NCBI GenBank assembly: GCA_965228855.1
Contig: CBDDIJ010000002.1
Location: forward strand, 736,001 to 800,000
Reading direction: 5' to 3'
From: Candidatus Obscuribacterales bacterium
GTDB taxonomy: Bacteria; Cyanobacteriota; Vampirovibrionia; Obscuribacterales; Obscuribacteraceae
DNA length: 64,000 bases
In this document: positions 11,181 through 21,278 of the stretch, in pieces
Position numbering within the stretch: position 1 is the first letter of the stretch
Layout: the number at the start of each line of letters is the position of its first letter
Notes under the pieces: model-generated
Databases searched by the model: none
The model's input: only the letters and a program-made list of their open reading frames with translations
Told to the model about the DNA's origin: nothing
Position numbers and translations under genes: made by a program

Positions 11181-11215
11181 GGAGGGCGGTCCACTCGGAT
11201 CGCCCTCCTTCTTTT
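11181..11215 (+). terminator. Intrinsic terminator
   Basis: GGAGGGCG...CGCCCTCC followed by TTCTTTT. Confidence 0.7.
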
Positions 11216-11292
11216 CCGGTCGAAAAACTTAGGTTAGGTCTGTTGCGACCTTGGCATAAGAGGTTTGGACCCCAATCCGTACCGAGGGTTTA

Positions 11293-13902
11293 ATGCCTGC
11301 CCAACTGCAAGAAGCACAAAAACCAGCCACGACCAGACAGAAGTCTTTCCGACTTCCGGACTGCGCAGTTCCGAAGAGATACGAAATCCATCTCGCCCCG
11401 AACTTGGAAACATTCGAATTCGCCGGCCGCGAAACAATCGAGATTTTTGTCAGGGAAGAAACCGACCGAGTCGTTTTAAACGCCGTCGACATCACGTTCA
11501 ATGAAGTCTTAGCCGAGTCGATTGACGGAACACGTCTATACGGCAAAGTCGAAGTCGACTCAGAAACCGAGCTTGCCGCCATCATATTCGACGGAGCGCT
11601 CGGACGCGGAATCTGGCATCTCAAAATAACGTTCAAAGGCGAACTCTCTGATAAGCTCAGGGGTTTCTACCGCAGTATCTGGATCGACGATGACGGCAAG
11701 AAGCATGTTATCGCATCCACGCACTTCGAACCGACCCATGCTCGTCGCGCTTTCCCCTGCTTCGACGAGCCGGAGTTCAAGGCAACCTTCAAGGTTTTCC
11801 TCGAGGTCGATGAACAGTTTACAGCATTGTCGAATGGGAAGGCTTTGCGTGAGACGAAACTCCAGAACGGTACGAAGATTGTCGAATTTGCTGAAACCAT
11901 GCTGCTTTCGACATACCTCGTCGCCTTCGCAGTCGGCGAATTCGTCGGTTCTCCCCCTCAACGGGTAAACGGAACCGAGATTCGCATCTTCTGTGTACCA
12001 GGCAAGGAGCACCTCACGGCTTTCGCCGCCGACTGTGCTGCATTCGCGGTCAACTTCTACGAGCGCTATTTTGAGATACCATATCCTGCTGAAAAGATAG
12101 ACCACATCGCCATCCCCGACTTCCCAATCGGTGCGATGGAAAATCTCGGTTTAATCACATTCCGGGAAACCGCTTTACTGGTCGACGAAGAACAGTCTTC
12201 CCATGCCGGTCTCGTGCGCGTTGCCGAGATCATCATGCACGAACTTGCCCATATGTGGTTCGGCGACCTGGTCACGATGAAATGGTGGAACGGGCTCTGG
12301 CTCAAGGAATCGTTCGCCACTTTCATGGCAAACGCGTGCGTCGATGCCTACCGTCCGCAATGGAAAGTGTGGAACGACTTTGCGCTTTCGCGCGCCGATG
12401 CGATGGAAACAGACGCGTTGAAAACCACGCACGCCATAGAAAACCCTGTCAATCACCCCGACGAAGCAACCGAAATGTTCGATGTGATTTCGTATCAGAA
12501 AGGTTGCTCGGTGTTGTATCAATTGCATGAATTCATAGGAGTGGAGCCGTTCCGCATGGGTTGTGCACGCTACTTGAAACAGCACAGTTTTGGCAACACC
12601 GAAACTCATCACCTCTGGGATTCACTAGAGGAGGCCTGTCGTGAAGCCGGTTTGCAGATACCAGTGCGTCACGTCATGGACACCTGGGTATTCAGTTCCG
12701 GACATCCGGTCCTCACTGTTTCACCTGATGAACAGCCAGGCTGCATTGTTTTGCGACAGCAAATGTTTCGATTGGAGGAACAAGACGCATCCGGGTTCAA
12801 CTGGCCAGTTCCAGTCTCTATACGCGTCACGAAAGAAAACGGTTCGATTGAGACCAAGAAGTTTCTGATGAACAACCGAGAGGAGACCGTCTTCCTCGGA
12901 GAAGATACGCGCAGCTTCATTGTAAACGCGATGGGCAGCGGCTTCTACCGGGTGGTTTACGACGGTCGAATGATCGAATCGATAACCGACGACGTTGGAA
13001 AGTTGTCGGTAGTTGAACGGTTCAACTTGATAAACGACGCCTGGTCTATGTTGAAAACGGGACAGCAACCCGTTTCACAATTCTTGAAACTGGTTCGGTT
13101 GTATGAGAACGAAGCAGACTCGTCAGTCTGGCAAGTTCTCTACAACGCGCTCGAACATCTAAACGAACTGCTCGAGCCAGAAGACAAGCCACTCATGGCA
13201 AGTCTTATAGGAAAACTTTGCGCGCCGAATATATCGGCACTCGGCTGGGAACCGAAATCCGGCGAGAGTGTCGCCACGCGAAAGCTGCGCGCCATCGTTC
13301 TGAGACTGGCCGGAGTAGTCGGAGAAGACGAGGCTGTCAAAACTCGCGGGCGGGAGTCCTACGAGAAGTGGCGCTTAGACAATGACTCGCTCGATGCCGA
13401 GATGGTGCCAACCGTGATACACATCGTCGCCCAGGACGGTGACGAGAAACTTTTCGCAGACTTCCTGCACCTGTCGGAGACCGCCAGGACTCCTCAGGAC
13501 ACGATCCGCTACCTGTACGCCCTGGCGCGTTTTCGCAGAAAGGACTTGCTCGCAGAGACTGCGTCGCTATGCCTGTCTCCGAAAGTGCGCTCACAGGATG
13601 CACCATTCTTGTTCGCCGCGCTCATCCGCAATCCAGCCGCAGCCTCGGAAGCCTGGGAGTTTTTCAAAGCCAATTTCGAAGAAATGAAAGCTCGCTACCC
13701 GGACCTGGCAATGCACAAGCTGGTCAATGCTCTCAGCGTACTCGACACTCGGCAACTGGAGAGCGATGTGCGTAAGTTCTTCGCGAATAATCGCATCAAC
13801 GCCGGCGAGACCGCAGTCCGTCAGATGCTGGAGCAGCAGCGCATCAACGTGCGAATGCGCCACAAAGAAAAAGCCGCTTTGTCAGCGGCTCTCAGAACAT
13901 AA
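11293..13902 (+). CDS. pepN: M1 aminopeptidase N, copy 2 (tandem paralog)
   Basis: GAMENLG, HELAHMWFG..WLKESFA; colinear with copy 1. Confidence 0.92.
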   Translation: MPAQLQEAQKPATTRQKSFRLPDCAVPKRYEIHLAPNLETFEFAGRETIEIFVREETDRVVLNAVDITFNEVLAESIDGTRLYGKVEVDSETELAAIIFDGALGRGIWHLKITFKGELSDKLRGFYRSIWIDDDGKKHVIASTHFEPTHARRAFPCFDEPEFKATFKVFLEVDEQFTALSNGKALRETKLQNGTKIVEFAETMLLSTYLVAFAVGEFVGSPPQRVNGTEIRIFCVPGKEHLTAFAADCAAFAVNFYERYFEIPYPAEKIDHIAIPDFPIGAMENLGLITFRETALLVDEEQSSHAGLVRVAEIIMHELAHMWFGDLVTMKWWNGLWLKESFATFMANACVDAYRPQWKVWNDFALSRADAMETDALKTTHAIENPVNHPDEATEMFDVISYQKGCSVLYQLHEFIGVEPFRMGCARYLKQHSFGNTETHHLWDSLEEACREAGLQIPVRHVMDTWVFSSGHPVLTVSPDEQPGCIVLRQQMFRLEEQDASGFNWPVPVSIRVTKENGSIETKKFLMNNREETVFLGEDTRSFIVNAMGSGFYRVVYDGRMIESITDDVGKLSVVERFNLINDAWSMLKTGQQPVSQFLKLVRLYENEADSSVWQVLYNALEHLNELLEPEDKPLMASLIGKLCAPNISALGWEPKSGESVATRKLRAIVLRLAGVVGEDEAVKTRGRESYEKWRLDNDSLDAEMVPTVIHIVAQDGDEKLFADFLHLSETARTPQDTIRYLYALARFRRKDLLAETASLCLSPKVRSQDAPFLFAALIRNPAAASEAWEFFKANFEEMKARYPDLAMHKLVNALSVLDTRQLESDVRKFFANNRINAGETAVRQMLEQQRINVRMRHKEKAALSAALRT

Positions 13903-13912
13903 TGGGGAAAAA

Positions 13913-13986
13913 CGGGACCGACGAGACTCGAACTCGCGACCTCCTACGTGACAGGCAGGCGCTCTAACCAACTGAGCTACGACCCC
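13913..13986 (-). tRNA. tRNA-Asp (GTC), CCA not encoded
   Basis: GGGGTCGTAGCTCAGTTGGTTAGAGCGCCTGCCT-GTC-ACGTAGG...TTCGAGT; cloverleaf; upstream TGcTATACT -10 at 14008-14016. Confidence 0.95.
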
Positions 13987-14399
13987 ATGCATGTGCTCGA
14001 GAACTGCAGTATAGCACAACAGTTCGGCGGAGCTTGAACGTGCTCTGCAATGCTTGTTAACAATTGCGCTCGAAATGCCCACACCGTCCGGATTTTGCAA
14101 AACGGAGGTCGGTTCAGTTTTAAACTTGAGAACTCAACCTTGAGAACCGAGTTTAAAACTAAACCGATTTCGACTTGACTGAAGTCGGTTTGGTTTCGAT
14201 TCGAAACTGTTAAATCTGAGAATCGTCTTCGGGTGTGAACCGGAGACCTGGTACGGTTTTGCTTTCGGATTGAAACCGCCGAGCGACTCGCTCGGTTTTT
14301 TTCTGTTGAGAGTTGGTCTGGTTTCCAACCGGCTCTCACTGTTTCGATAACCGGAGAACGGCACCGCAAGCCGTTCCCACCAACACAAGGAATATCACC

Positions 14400-14837
14400 A
14401 TGTTCCCATACGTCATGGCCGGTCTCGCTCTGCTCGCAGGCGGGATCATCTTCGTTGCTTTGCGCCGGGATCTCGGCAAGAAAACGGCGCCCAAGGGCAA
14501 GTGCGATCGCCCGGTGAAGGAGATCTCCGCGCTCGAATTGCGCGACCTCGTCACCAGCTCCGCCGACCCCGTCGTCGTCATGTTCCACTCGCCCAACTGC
14601 CCGGCCTGCCACACCCAGAAGCCCAACTTCCAGGAAGCGGCCGACGCGCACGAGGGCAACGCCCGTTTCGTCACCATCAACGTCCTGGACAACAAGTCCA
14701 CTGCGCGCCGCCTCGGCATCACGCGCATCCCGACCACGATGGTGTTCGTCAGGGACGACGTCAGCCCGCTGGCCAGCCGCGTCGGCGTGTTCGACCCGGC
14801 CGAAGTCAACGCGTTCATCAAGAACGCCGGCAAGTAG
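14400..14837 (+). CDS. Membrane-anchored thioredoxin-family protein
   Basis: N-terminal TM helix, CPAC motif, cis-Pro IPT; RBS AAGGA. Confidence 0.85.
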   Translation: MFPYVMAGLALLAGGIIFVALRRDLGKKTAPKGKCDRPVKEISALELRDLVTSSADPVVVMFHSPNCPACHTQKPNFQEAADAHEGNARFVTINVLDNKSTARRLGITRIPTTMVFVRDDVSPLASRVGVFDPAEVNAFIKNAGK

Positions 14838-15027
14838 TTTTCCAGGTCATGCCTCGTGTCGCGGCGGAAAAACTCGTTGAAAACGAGTGCCGCCGCGGCG
14901 CGAGCGCATGCTCCTGTCACCGCGTCCGAGCTGCGTGCAAATAGCTGACACCACATCCGGTGCAGCCGCGCAACTCATTTTCCGGAGCGAAGTGACGCTG
15001 CAGAGCAGCCGCTAGCCGCTCCCACTC

Positions 15028-17202
15028 ATGAAAAGGACATTAGCCATGTTTTGGTTCTGGACAGTCCTGACCCTGGCGACTGGCTTACTCGCCGGCCTCT
15101 TCGGCTGGCACATCGGAGGCCACGCCGCCGCCCTCGCCTTCACTCTGGGCGGAATTCTCGCCGTAATCGGCGCACATGATTTGAGAAAGCACCGTCACAC
15201 GCTCCTGGCGGGGACGGCTTTCTTCGCGGTTCTCGGCTGGTATTTCGGCGGCTTCGCCTTTGCCGTGCTAACCGCACTTCTCGTATTCCCCGTGCAGCTG
15301 GCTATCTGGGAGTTTTCTCTCAAGAAGTCTGTGGCATTGCCGATGCTCCTCCTGGGCTCCGGCACGGCATGGTGGCTGGGGTGGCACCTCGACGGTTCTA
15401 TGACTGGGCTCGTGGCAGCGGCGCTGACCTTCTTCGCGATGGTCGGCATCGAAGACTACTTCCTGCAACGCAAGCACTCCGTGCGCCGCAACTTCCCGAT
15501 TCTGGGATGGTGCCGCTACGGTTTCGAACTCATCGGTGATGAGCTCCGCCAGTATTGGTTCATGTCCGATATCGAGGAGAAGCCCTACAACCGTGAGACA
15601 CGGCGGTTTATCTACCGCAGCGCCAAGGGCATCAACAACAACCTCGGTTTCGGCTCGAGCCGCGACTACCGCGCCGTGGGCGAGATTCACATCATGCCCA
15701 CCAACTTCCCGGTGAGCGAACGTCGCAACCGCGGCAATCGCCTCGCGCCGCTCGTGATCGGCAAACGGCGCCGCGTCCCCTACGAGTGCCCGTGGCCGAT
15801 CAACATCGCCCACATGAGCTGGGGCGCCCTGTCGGAAGAGGCTGTGATGGCGCTCTCCTCGGGTGCCAAGCTCGCCAACATCCACATGGGCACTGGCGAA
15901 GGCGGACTCACGCCTTTCCACCTCGACGGCGTCGTCCGTCGAGTGCCGTTCAAGCAGATGGCTGCCTACCACTGGCGGTCATTCCTGCATTCCGCCAGTC
16001 TGAAGTTTCTGGCAAAACCGGATATGCCGCAGGGACAGGTTGTTGGCGGCGGCCGGCTGATTCTCGAAATCGGTCCGGCTAAGTTCGGTTTCCGCAAAGC
16101 GCTGAAGGACGCCTTCCGCGGCATCGGCATCGACTTTGCGCCCAACAAGATGCTGGAAGACGACCTGCGCCGGCTGGCGAAGGCGTATTACTTGAACGGT
16201 CTGGATATGGAACTTCTGCGCGAACTCGCCGAGAAAGACGAGCTCGTGGCGCTGGATCTCGACAAGGTCAAGCGCGTGATGGAGAATCCGCAGATCGTGG
16301 GCGGCATGTTGAAACTGGCTCAGGGTGCCAAACCCGGTCAGGGCGGCAAGCTGCCGAAAGAGAAGATCACGCCGACGATTGCGCAATGGCGCGGCGTTCC
16401 GATGGGCAAGGACTGCTACAGCCCCAATGCCTGGGACGAGTTCAACGATGCCGAGACGCTGTTCATCATGATCCGCATGTTGCAGGATTTGACGGGCAAG
16501 CCCTGGGGTATCAAGATCGTCGCCGGTCAGGAAGCGGAAGTGCACAAGATGGCCAAGCTCTACAAGGAGCACAAGGACGGTCCGGACTTCATCGTCATCG
16601 ACGGCGGTGAAGGCGGAACCGGCGCGGCACCTGTGGATCTTGCCGACCATGTCGGTCTGCCGATTCTGCATGCCATTCCTGACGTCGACAACATTTTGCG
16701 CGAGCACGGTGTTCGCGACGAGGTCGTGCTGATCGCTGCCGGTCAGATGGCGAAGGCTTCCGACGTGGCGATCGCGATCGCGCTCGGAGCTGACGCCGTC
16801 GAAATCGGGCGTGCCAACATGATCGCCGAAGGTTGCATCATGGCGAAGCGCTGCCACACCAACCACTGCCCGGTCGGTGTCGCGACCCAGGACCCGCGTC
16901 TGCGGCGAGGTCTCGACCCGGCGGACAAATACGTGAAGGTGGCCAACTACAACATGGTGCTGCAGCGCGGACTGCTCGTCATCCTCAAAGCCGCCGGCGT
17001 GTCGAATCCCTGGGAGCTCACCAGGCACCACCTCAAAGTGGTGACCGGTCCGATGCGCGAAGTCTACATGGATCAGATTCACCCCTATCCAGACGGCTCC
17101 GACGGCAAGCGCAACCCGGTGCTCGGCGCCATTCCCACGGACGATCCGGAGCACAACGACCGCTTCGGTCCCAAACTCATCCAGCTCGAAGTGAAGCACT
17201 AA
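15028..17202 (+). CDS. FMN-binding glutamate synthase family protein (YerD-like) with extended N-terminal TM region
   Basis: MSWGALS, TGEGG, KLAQGAKPGQGG, DGGEGGTGAAP, GCIMAKRCHTNHCPVG. Confidence 0.88.
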   Translation: MKRTLAMFWFWTVLTLATGLLAGLFGWHIGGHAAALAFTLGGILAVIGAHDLRKHRHTLLAGTAFFAVLGWYFGGFAFAVLTALLVFPVQLAIWEFSLKKSVALPMLLLGSGTAWWLGWHLDGSMTGLVAAALTFFAMVGIEDYFLQRKHSVRRNFPILGWCRYGFELIGDELRQYWFMSDIEEKPYNRETRRFIYRSAKGINNNLGFGSSRDYRAVGEIHIMPTNFPVSERRNRGNRLAPLVIGKRRRVPYECPWPINIAHMSWGALSEEAVMALSSGAKLANIHMGTGEGGLTPFHLDGVVRRVPFKQMAAYHWRSFLHSASLKFLAKPDMPQGQVVGGGRLILEIGPAKFGFRKALKDAFRGIGIDFAPNKMLEDDLRRLAKAYYLNGLDMELLRELAEKDELVALDLDKVKRVMENPQIVGGMLKLAQGAKPGQGGKLPKEKITPTIAQWRGVPMGKDCYSPNAWDEFNDAETLFIMIRMLQDLTGKPWGIKIVAGQEAEVHKMAKLYKEHKDGPDFIVIDGGEGGTGAAPVDLADHVGLPILHAIPDVDNILREHGVRDEVVLIAAGQMAKASDVAIAIALGADAVEIGRANMIAEGCIMAKRCHTNHCPVGVATQDPRLRRGLDPADKYVKVANYNMVLQRGLLVILKAAGVSNPWELTRHHLKVVTGPMREVYMDQIHPYPDGSDGKRNPVLGAIPTDDPEHNDRFGPKLIQLEVKH

Positions 17203-17444
17203 GAGCTGATGGTGGACGGAACAGATCGCACCGCGGGCGGTGCCGATTAAACGGTAACGACCGCTCAAGGTCAACGCGCAATCGTGCGCAATTCACAACA
17301 ACAAAGGCCAGGGACGGGAGTGCAGGTGATACCACTTGCCTCCCGCCCCTCGCGCCGCACAGCGTGACCGGTTTCAACCTAACGCTGCTGTAATTCTTCG
17401 GTTCGAGGGCTCACGCTCTCTCGCCTGAGATGGAAGGTAAATGT

Positions 17445-18137
17445 ATGAACTTCGACCTGAAACTCCTTCTCAAAGTCGGAGTCGGGCTCGCGCTGGCAAT
17501 CACCGCGTATCTCGTCGCCGGCTACTTTCTTAAGGGCATGATCAAACCGGAGGACTTGCTCAACTTCGTCAAGGACTCCGGTCCGTGGGCACCAGTGGTT
17601 TTTATCGGGCTGTTTATCTTCAGTCCCGGAATTCCCGCCTCGGCGCTCGCCATCGCCAGTGGTGCCATCTTCGGTCTGTGGACAGGCTATCTGTACACGA
17701 TGATCGGCGCTCTGCTCGCGATGATCCCGCCTTTCTGGTTCTCCCGCCTGCTCGGTCGAAAGCTGTTGAACAGACTGCTCTCGATGGTCGGCGGGTCAAT
17801 CGAAGGTAATGTCGAGAAGTTTCAACAGAATGTGGAAACGCACGGTTGGCGCTACATAGCGTTCACCCGGCTGATCCCGCTGTTTCCGTTCTCGCTGCTC
17901 AACCTCGTGTTCGGGCTCACGCGAATCGGCTTCTGGACTTATCTTGTCACAAGTTTCTTCTTCGTGATGCCGGCACTGTTCGCGTTCGTCTACATCGGCT
18001 ACGCCGGTGCAAACGCCGCAGACGGTGGCTCCGGATGGCTGTACGTCAAGGTCTTCGCGGCCCTGGGCAGCCTCATCTTGCTCGCGCTTCTGCCTCAGAT
18101 TGTCCGGTTCGTGAAAAACCGGAGAGGCCGAAAGTAA
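17445..18137 (+). CDS. TVP38/TMEM64 (DedA/VTT) membrane protein
   Basis: ASGAIFG, RLIPLFPFSLLNLVFG motifs. Confidence 0.85.
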   Translation: MNFDLKLLLKVGVGLALAITAYLVAGYFLKGMIKPEDLLNFVKDSGPWAPVVFIGLFIFSPGIPASALAIASGAIFGLWTGYLYTMIGALLAMIPPFWFSRLLGRKLLNRLLSMVGGSIEGNVEKFQQNVETHGWRYIAFTRLIPLFPFSLLNLVFGLTRIGFWTYLVTSFFFVMPALFAFVYIGYAGANAADGGSGWLYVKVFAALGSLILLALLPQIVRFVKNRRGRK

Positions 18138-18195
18138 GACCTTAAGCGACTCTCGCCTGGTCTAAAACAAGAATCGCAAACCAAGGACCAATTAG

Positions 18196-18720
18196 ATGAA
18201 CCTCAAAAACGCCTTCACAGGCAATCGCGTCGCGACCCATTACGGTCTCGTCGACGGCGACAAGTGGTCGGCTTCCGGCACGCTGGGACTTCTGTACCAG
18301 ACCCTGGCCGTACACTTCGCCGCGTTCGTCTGTCTGTTTACCGGCACCAACGCCATCACGGCGGCCGGACTTCCCGTGCAGGCGCTGCTCTCAGTTGCCT
18401 GCGTGCTCGGCTTCGTCGTGGGCGGCAAACTCCTCATCGGTCTCTGCGATGCTGGGTGCAAACGCCTGGTTGCAGCCATACCCTACAACTGGCTGCGCGG
18501 CGTCGCCACCCTGATCCTGATGCTGGCCTCGCTTGCCGTCGTCATGGCCTGGCCGGCGGCGTTCCTGTTCCTCCTCGCAAAAGCTGCCCCTTCCGTGGTC
18601 AGCTTTACCGGCTGGAACAGCGCTCTCATGGCAGGCTTCGGCGTTCTCTGCGCCGACGGCATCCTGGGCGGACTGACCGGAGTTTCGCTCCTGTCCGGCA
18701 AGCGTTCCAAGATCAACTAG
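18196..18720 (+). CDS. Multi-TM membrane protein, weak resemblance to YvlD/holin-IV family
   Basis: Hydrophobic ORF, RBS AAGGA, biased codons. Confidence 0.6.
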   Translation: MNLKNAFTGNRVATHYGLVDGDKWSASGTLGLLYQTLAVHFAAFVCLFTGTNAITAAGLPVQALLSVACVLGFVVGGKLLIGLCDAGCKRLVAAIPYNWLRGVATLILMLASLAVVMAWPAAFLFLLAKAAPSVVSFTGWNSALMAGFGVLCADGILGGLTGVSLLSGKRSKIN

Positions 18721-18812
18721 AGTTTCGCTGCCGACGCGGCGAAACGTGAAATAGAAACTGCCCGGCGCGTCTCGTGAAAACGTGTATCGCGCCGGGCTTC
18801 TCAAAAGCCAGC

Positions 18813-19047
18813 CTACTATATACCGAGGTAGTACACAGCCTCCCGAATACCAGTCACAGCAATGTTTTCAGGATTTCTTATTTATAGTCCGCCCTGAAAT
18901 CGGTTGCTTTGGCTATCGTACGATGACGGTTTTGCCGAAATGCGTCATTGTGGCGTAGACAAAATCACCAAGCGGTTTACGTCTGATACCCAAATCACCT
19001 CGCCTGAAACCATTTCGCGCAAAACGTATTCCTAAGTTCTATAGTAG
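18813..19047. repeat. Repeat element copy A (CTACTATA 18813; 50-bp palindrome 18911-18960; TATAGTAG 19040)
   Basis: GGCTA-TCGTACG-ATGAC-N16-GTCAT-TGTGGCG-TAGAC; gaps 90 and 79 bp. Confidence 0.9.
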
Positions 19048-19071
19048 ACAGATTTGGTATATACTCGAAGC

Positions 19072-21228
19072 ATGAGTGGACAACGAGAGCCTCGGAAACG
19101 CAAGACGGTTCACATTAGTGAACAGGTTGAGCTCGTTTGCGCCGAAGACCGCGACAAGCGTACGCCTTTGCTGTCCAGTTTAAACTCAGCCAGTCAACTC
19201 ACTGAAGAAGAGAAAAACGATCCGCTGGTCGGGACCGTTCTTGCGGCTAAATACGAGATCCACGCGCTCTGTGGGCGGGGCGGCATGGGCATCGTTTACA
19301 AGGCACAGCATTTCGATTTGAAGCGCTATGTCGCGGTGAAAGTTCTCCACAAGCACCTTTTGAGCCACCAGGGCATATCTGATCGTTTCCGACTCTCGGC
19401 TCAGGCGGCACACGCCCTGCGGCACCCCAACCTGGTTTCGGTGACCGACTTCGGCTATACGGAAGAGGGACAGTTCTTCCTCGCCATGGATTATGTGATG
19501 GGCGAAACCCTGACCAGGAAACTGAAACGGGAACAGGAGCTATCAATAGACTCCTTCTTCAAAATCTTTTCTCAAGTGCTCGCCGGTCTCAAGTTCTGCC
19601 ACCAGAAGGGAATTGTGCACCGCGACATCAAGCCAAGCAACATTCTGATCACAGACAAAGAGATTAAACCGGACAGCATAAAGCTAGTGGACTTCGGCAT
19701 CGCGAAAGTTCTTCCTGAAAGCGAATCTTCCATCGATCACCTGACTCAAACAGGCGAGTTGCTCGGAAGCCCGCTCTACATGAGCCCGGAGCAGTGCCGT
19801 GGCGCGGACATCGATGCGCGGACGGATCTCTACTCGCTCGGCTGCGTAATGTTCGAGTCGCTGAGCGGCAAACCACCGTTTCAAGGAAAAAGTGCGATTG
19901 AAACATTGATGATGCAATGTTCGCAACCAACCCCGACATTGTACGAAGCAACCGGCGATGCGCAGCTCACCGAGCAGCTCGACGCGTTTATCAAAAAAGC
20001 GATGAGCAAGGATCGCGAAGATCGCTTTCACAGCGCAGAGGAAATGGAAGCTGCGCTGATGAGCATACAGCGGTTTCTTCACCTGCCAAAAATTGCCCGA
20101 CAACGTTTGACTCAACCCCCCCAGACTGGTACTGGAACTCCCTCGATTCAAGCCGCTCCGAAACCGTCGAAGCAAAAGATCGGTTTGGTCAGCATTGCAT
20201 TCTTGACGCTCTTTGCTGGAACCGTTTTTGCTGTGGCAGGCAAAGACTCGATCGTGCGAACCTATCTGAGCGCGAACCATTCGGACAAGACCGAAGCCAG
20301 ACAACAAGCTCTGGATACAATCAAACTTGGTGTGGTGGAGCGAAAAGAAGGCAACTTGAGCGCATCGAGAAAGCGACTCGAACGGGCGGGTTTGGAAACG
20401 GCGAGGGTGTTCGGACCAAACAGCGTGGAGTATCTGAAAGCGCAAACGGAGCTCGCTGCCACGGACATCGCGCAGGTCGAAGCTAGTGGCAATCTGCTCG
20501 CCGACGGTAAGCCGAACCCACTGTACCGGTTGCCTGAAGCAATTCTTCAGCGGTCACTCGAAGGTCTGCAGCGCGTTCGAAAAACTTTGAAGGACGATGG
20601 CACGGACGCTAATGAGTTGGAAGCGCAAGCGACCTTCCACCTCGCTCACATTTACGTCCAGGAGGGTGCTTTCGACAAAGCGAGAAAGCTTTACGAAAAG
20701 GGCTTTGCCCTGGTTAACGCAAACGTCTCAATGGGCAAAACCAACGCCTCCGACTGGTTCTACCGTGACTATGCCGACTTCCTGTGGCGAACCGGGCGAG
20801 AGCGCGAAGCCGCGAAGCTGGAGATGACTTTTCATCTTGATCCATGGGAGGCAAAACTGGCTTCAGAAGCTCCTTTGACGACAACAGACTTGAACGGCTT
20901 CTGGTCTGAACATAACATAGTGGCTCAGTTTTACGAGAAAAACGGAAAGGTGTTTGGTTCACACTGTGTGGTAGCGAAAAATGGGACTCGCATTGATGGC
21001 ACCATTGACGACACCACTCCTACAATTGAGGGAACGATCGAGAATGGCATTTTCAGAGGCACGGTTAAAAGCACTTACGGCGCCCGGTTTCTCGTGAACA
21101 TAGTTCGCATCGACAAATATTTAGTTTGGAAATTGGTTAAAACCGAATCAGCGGGAGAGTCCTACTTGCCACCATCAGCGGTGATGACGGCAAGCCAAGC
21201 TCCCAGAAGCACAGGTGGTTCGAAGTAG
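19072..21228 (+). CDS. Hanks-type Ser/Thr kinase with TM helix and TPR-like region
   Basis: GRGGMG, VAVK, HRDIKPSN, DFG, GSPLYMSPE. Confidence 0.92.
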   Translation: MSGQREPRKRKTVHISEQVELVCAEDRDKRTPLLSSLNSASQLTEEEKNDPLVGTVLAAKYEIHALCGRGGMGIVYKAQHFDLKRYVAVKVLHKHLLSHQGISDRFRLSAQAAHALRHPNLVSVTDFGYTEEGQFFLAMDYVMGETLTRKLKREQELSIDSFFKIFSQVLAGLKFCHQKGIVHRDIKPSNILITDKEIKPDSIKLVDFGIAKVLPESESSIDHLTQTGELLGSPLYMSPEQCRGADIDARTDLYSLGCVMFESLSGKPPFQGKSAIETLMMQCSQPTPTLYEATGDAQLTEQLDAFIKKAMSKDREDRFHSAEEMEAALMSIQRFLHLPKIARQRLTQPPQTGTGTPSIQAAPKPSKQKIGLVSIAFLTLFAGTVFAVAGKDSIVRTYLSANHSDKTEARQQALDTIKLGVVERKEGNLSASRKRLERAGLETARVFGPNSVEYLKAQTELAATDIAQVEASGNLLADGKPNPLYRLPEAILQRSLEGLQRVRKTLKDDGTDANELEAQATFHLAHIYVQEGAFDKARKLYEKGFALVNANVSMGKTNASDWFYRDYADFLWRTGREREAAKLEMTFHLDPWEAKLASEAPLTTTDLNGFWSEHNIVAQFYEKNGKVFGSHCVVAKNGTRIDGTIDDTTPTIEGTIENGIFRGTVKSTYGARFLVNIVRIDKYLVWKLVKTESAGESYLPPSAVMTASQAPRSTGGSK

Positions 21229-21278
21229 ACGTTTCAAAGACATCAACAAGGCGATCCGGCGTCCTGAAAGGCAATTGA

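Noticed and set aside
13913..13986. tRNA-Asp as island integration site
   Set aside because: No integrase and no duplicated tRNA 3' end seen.
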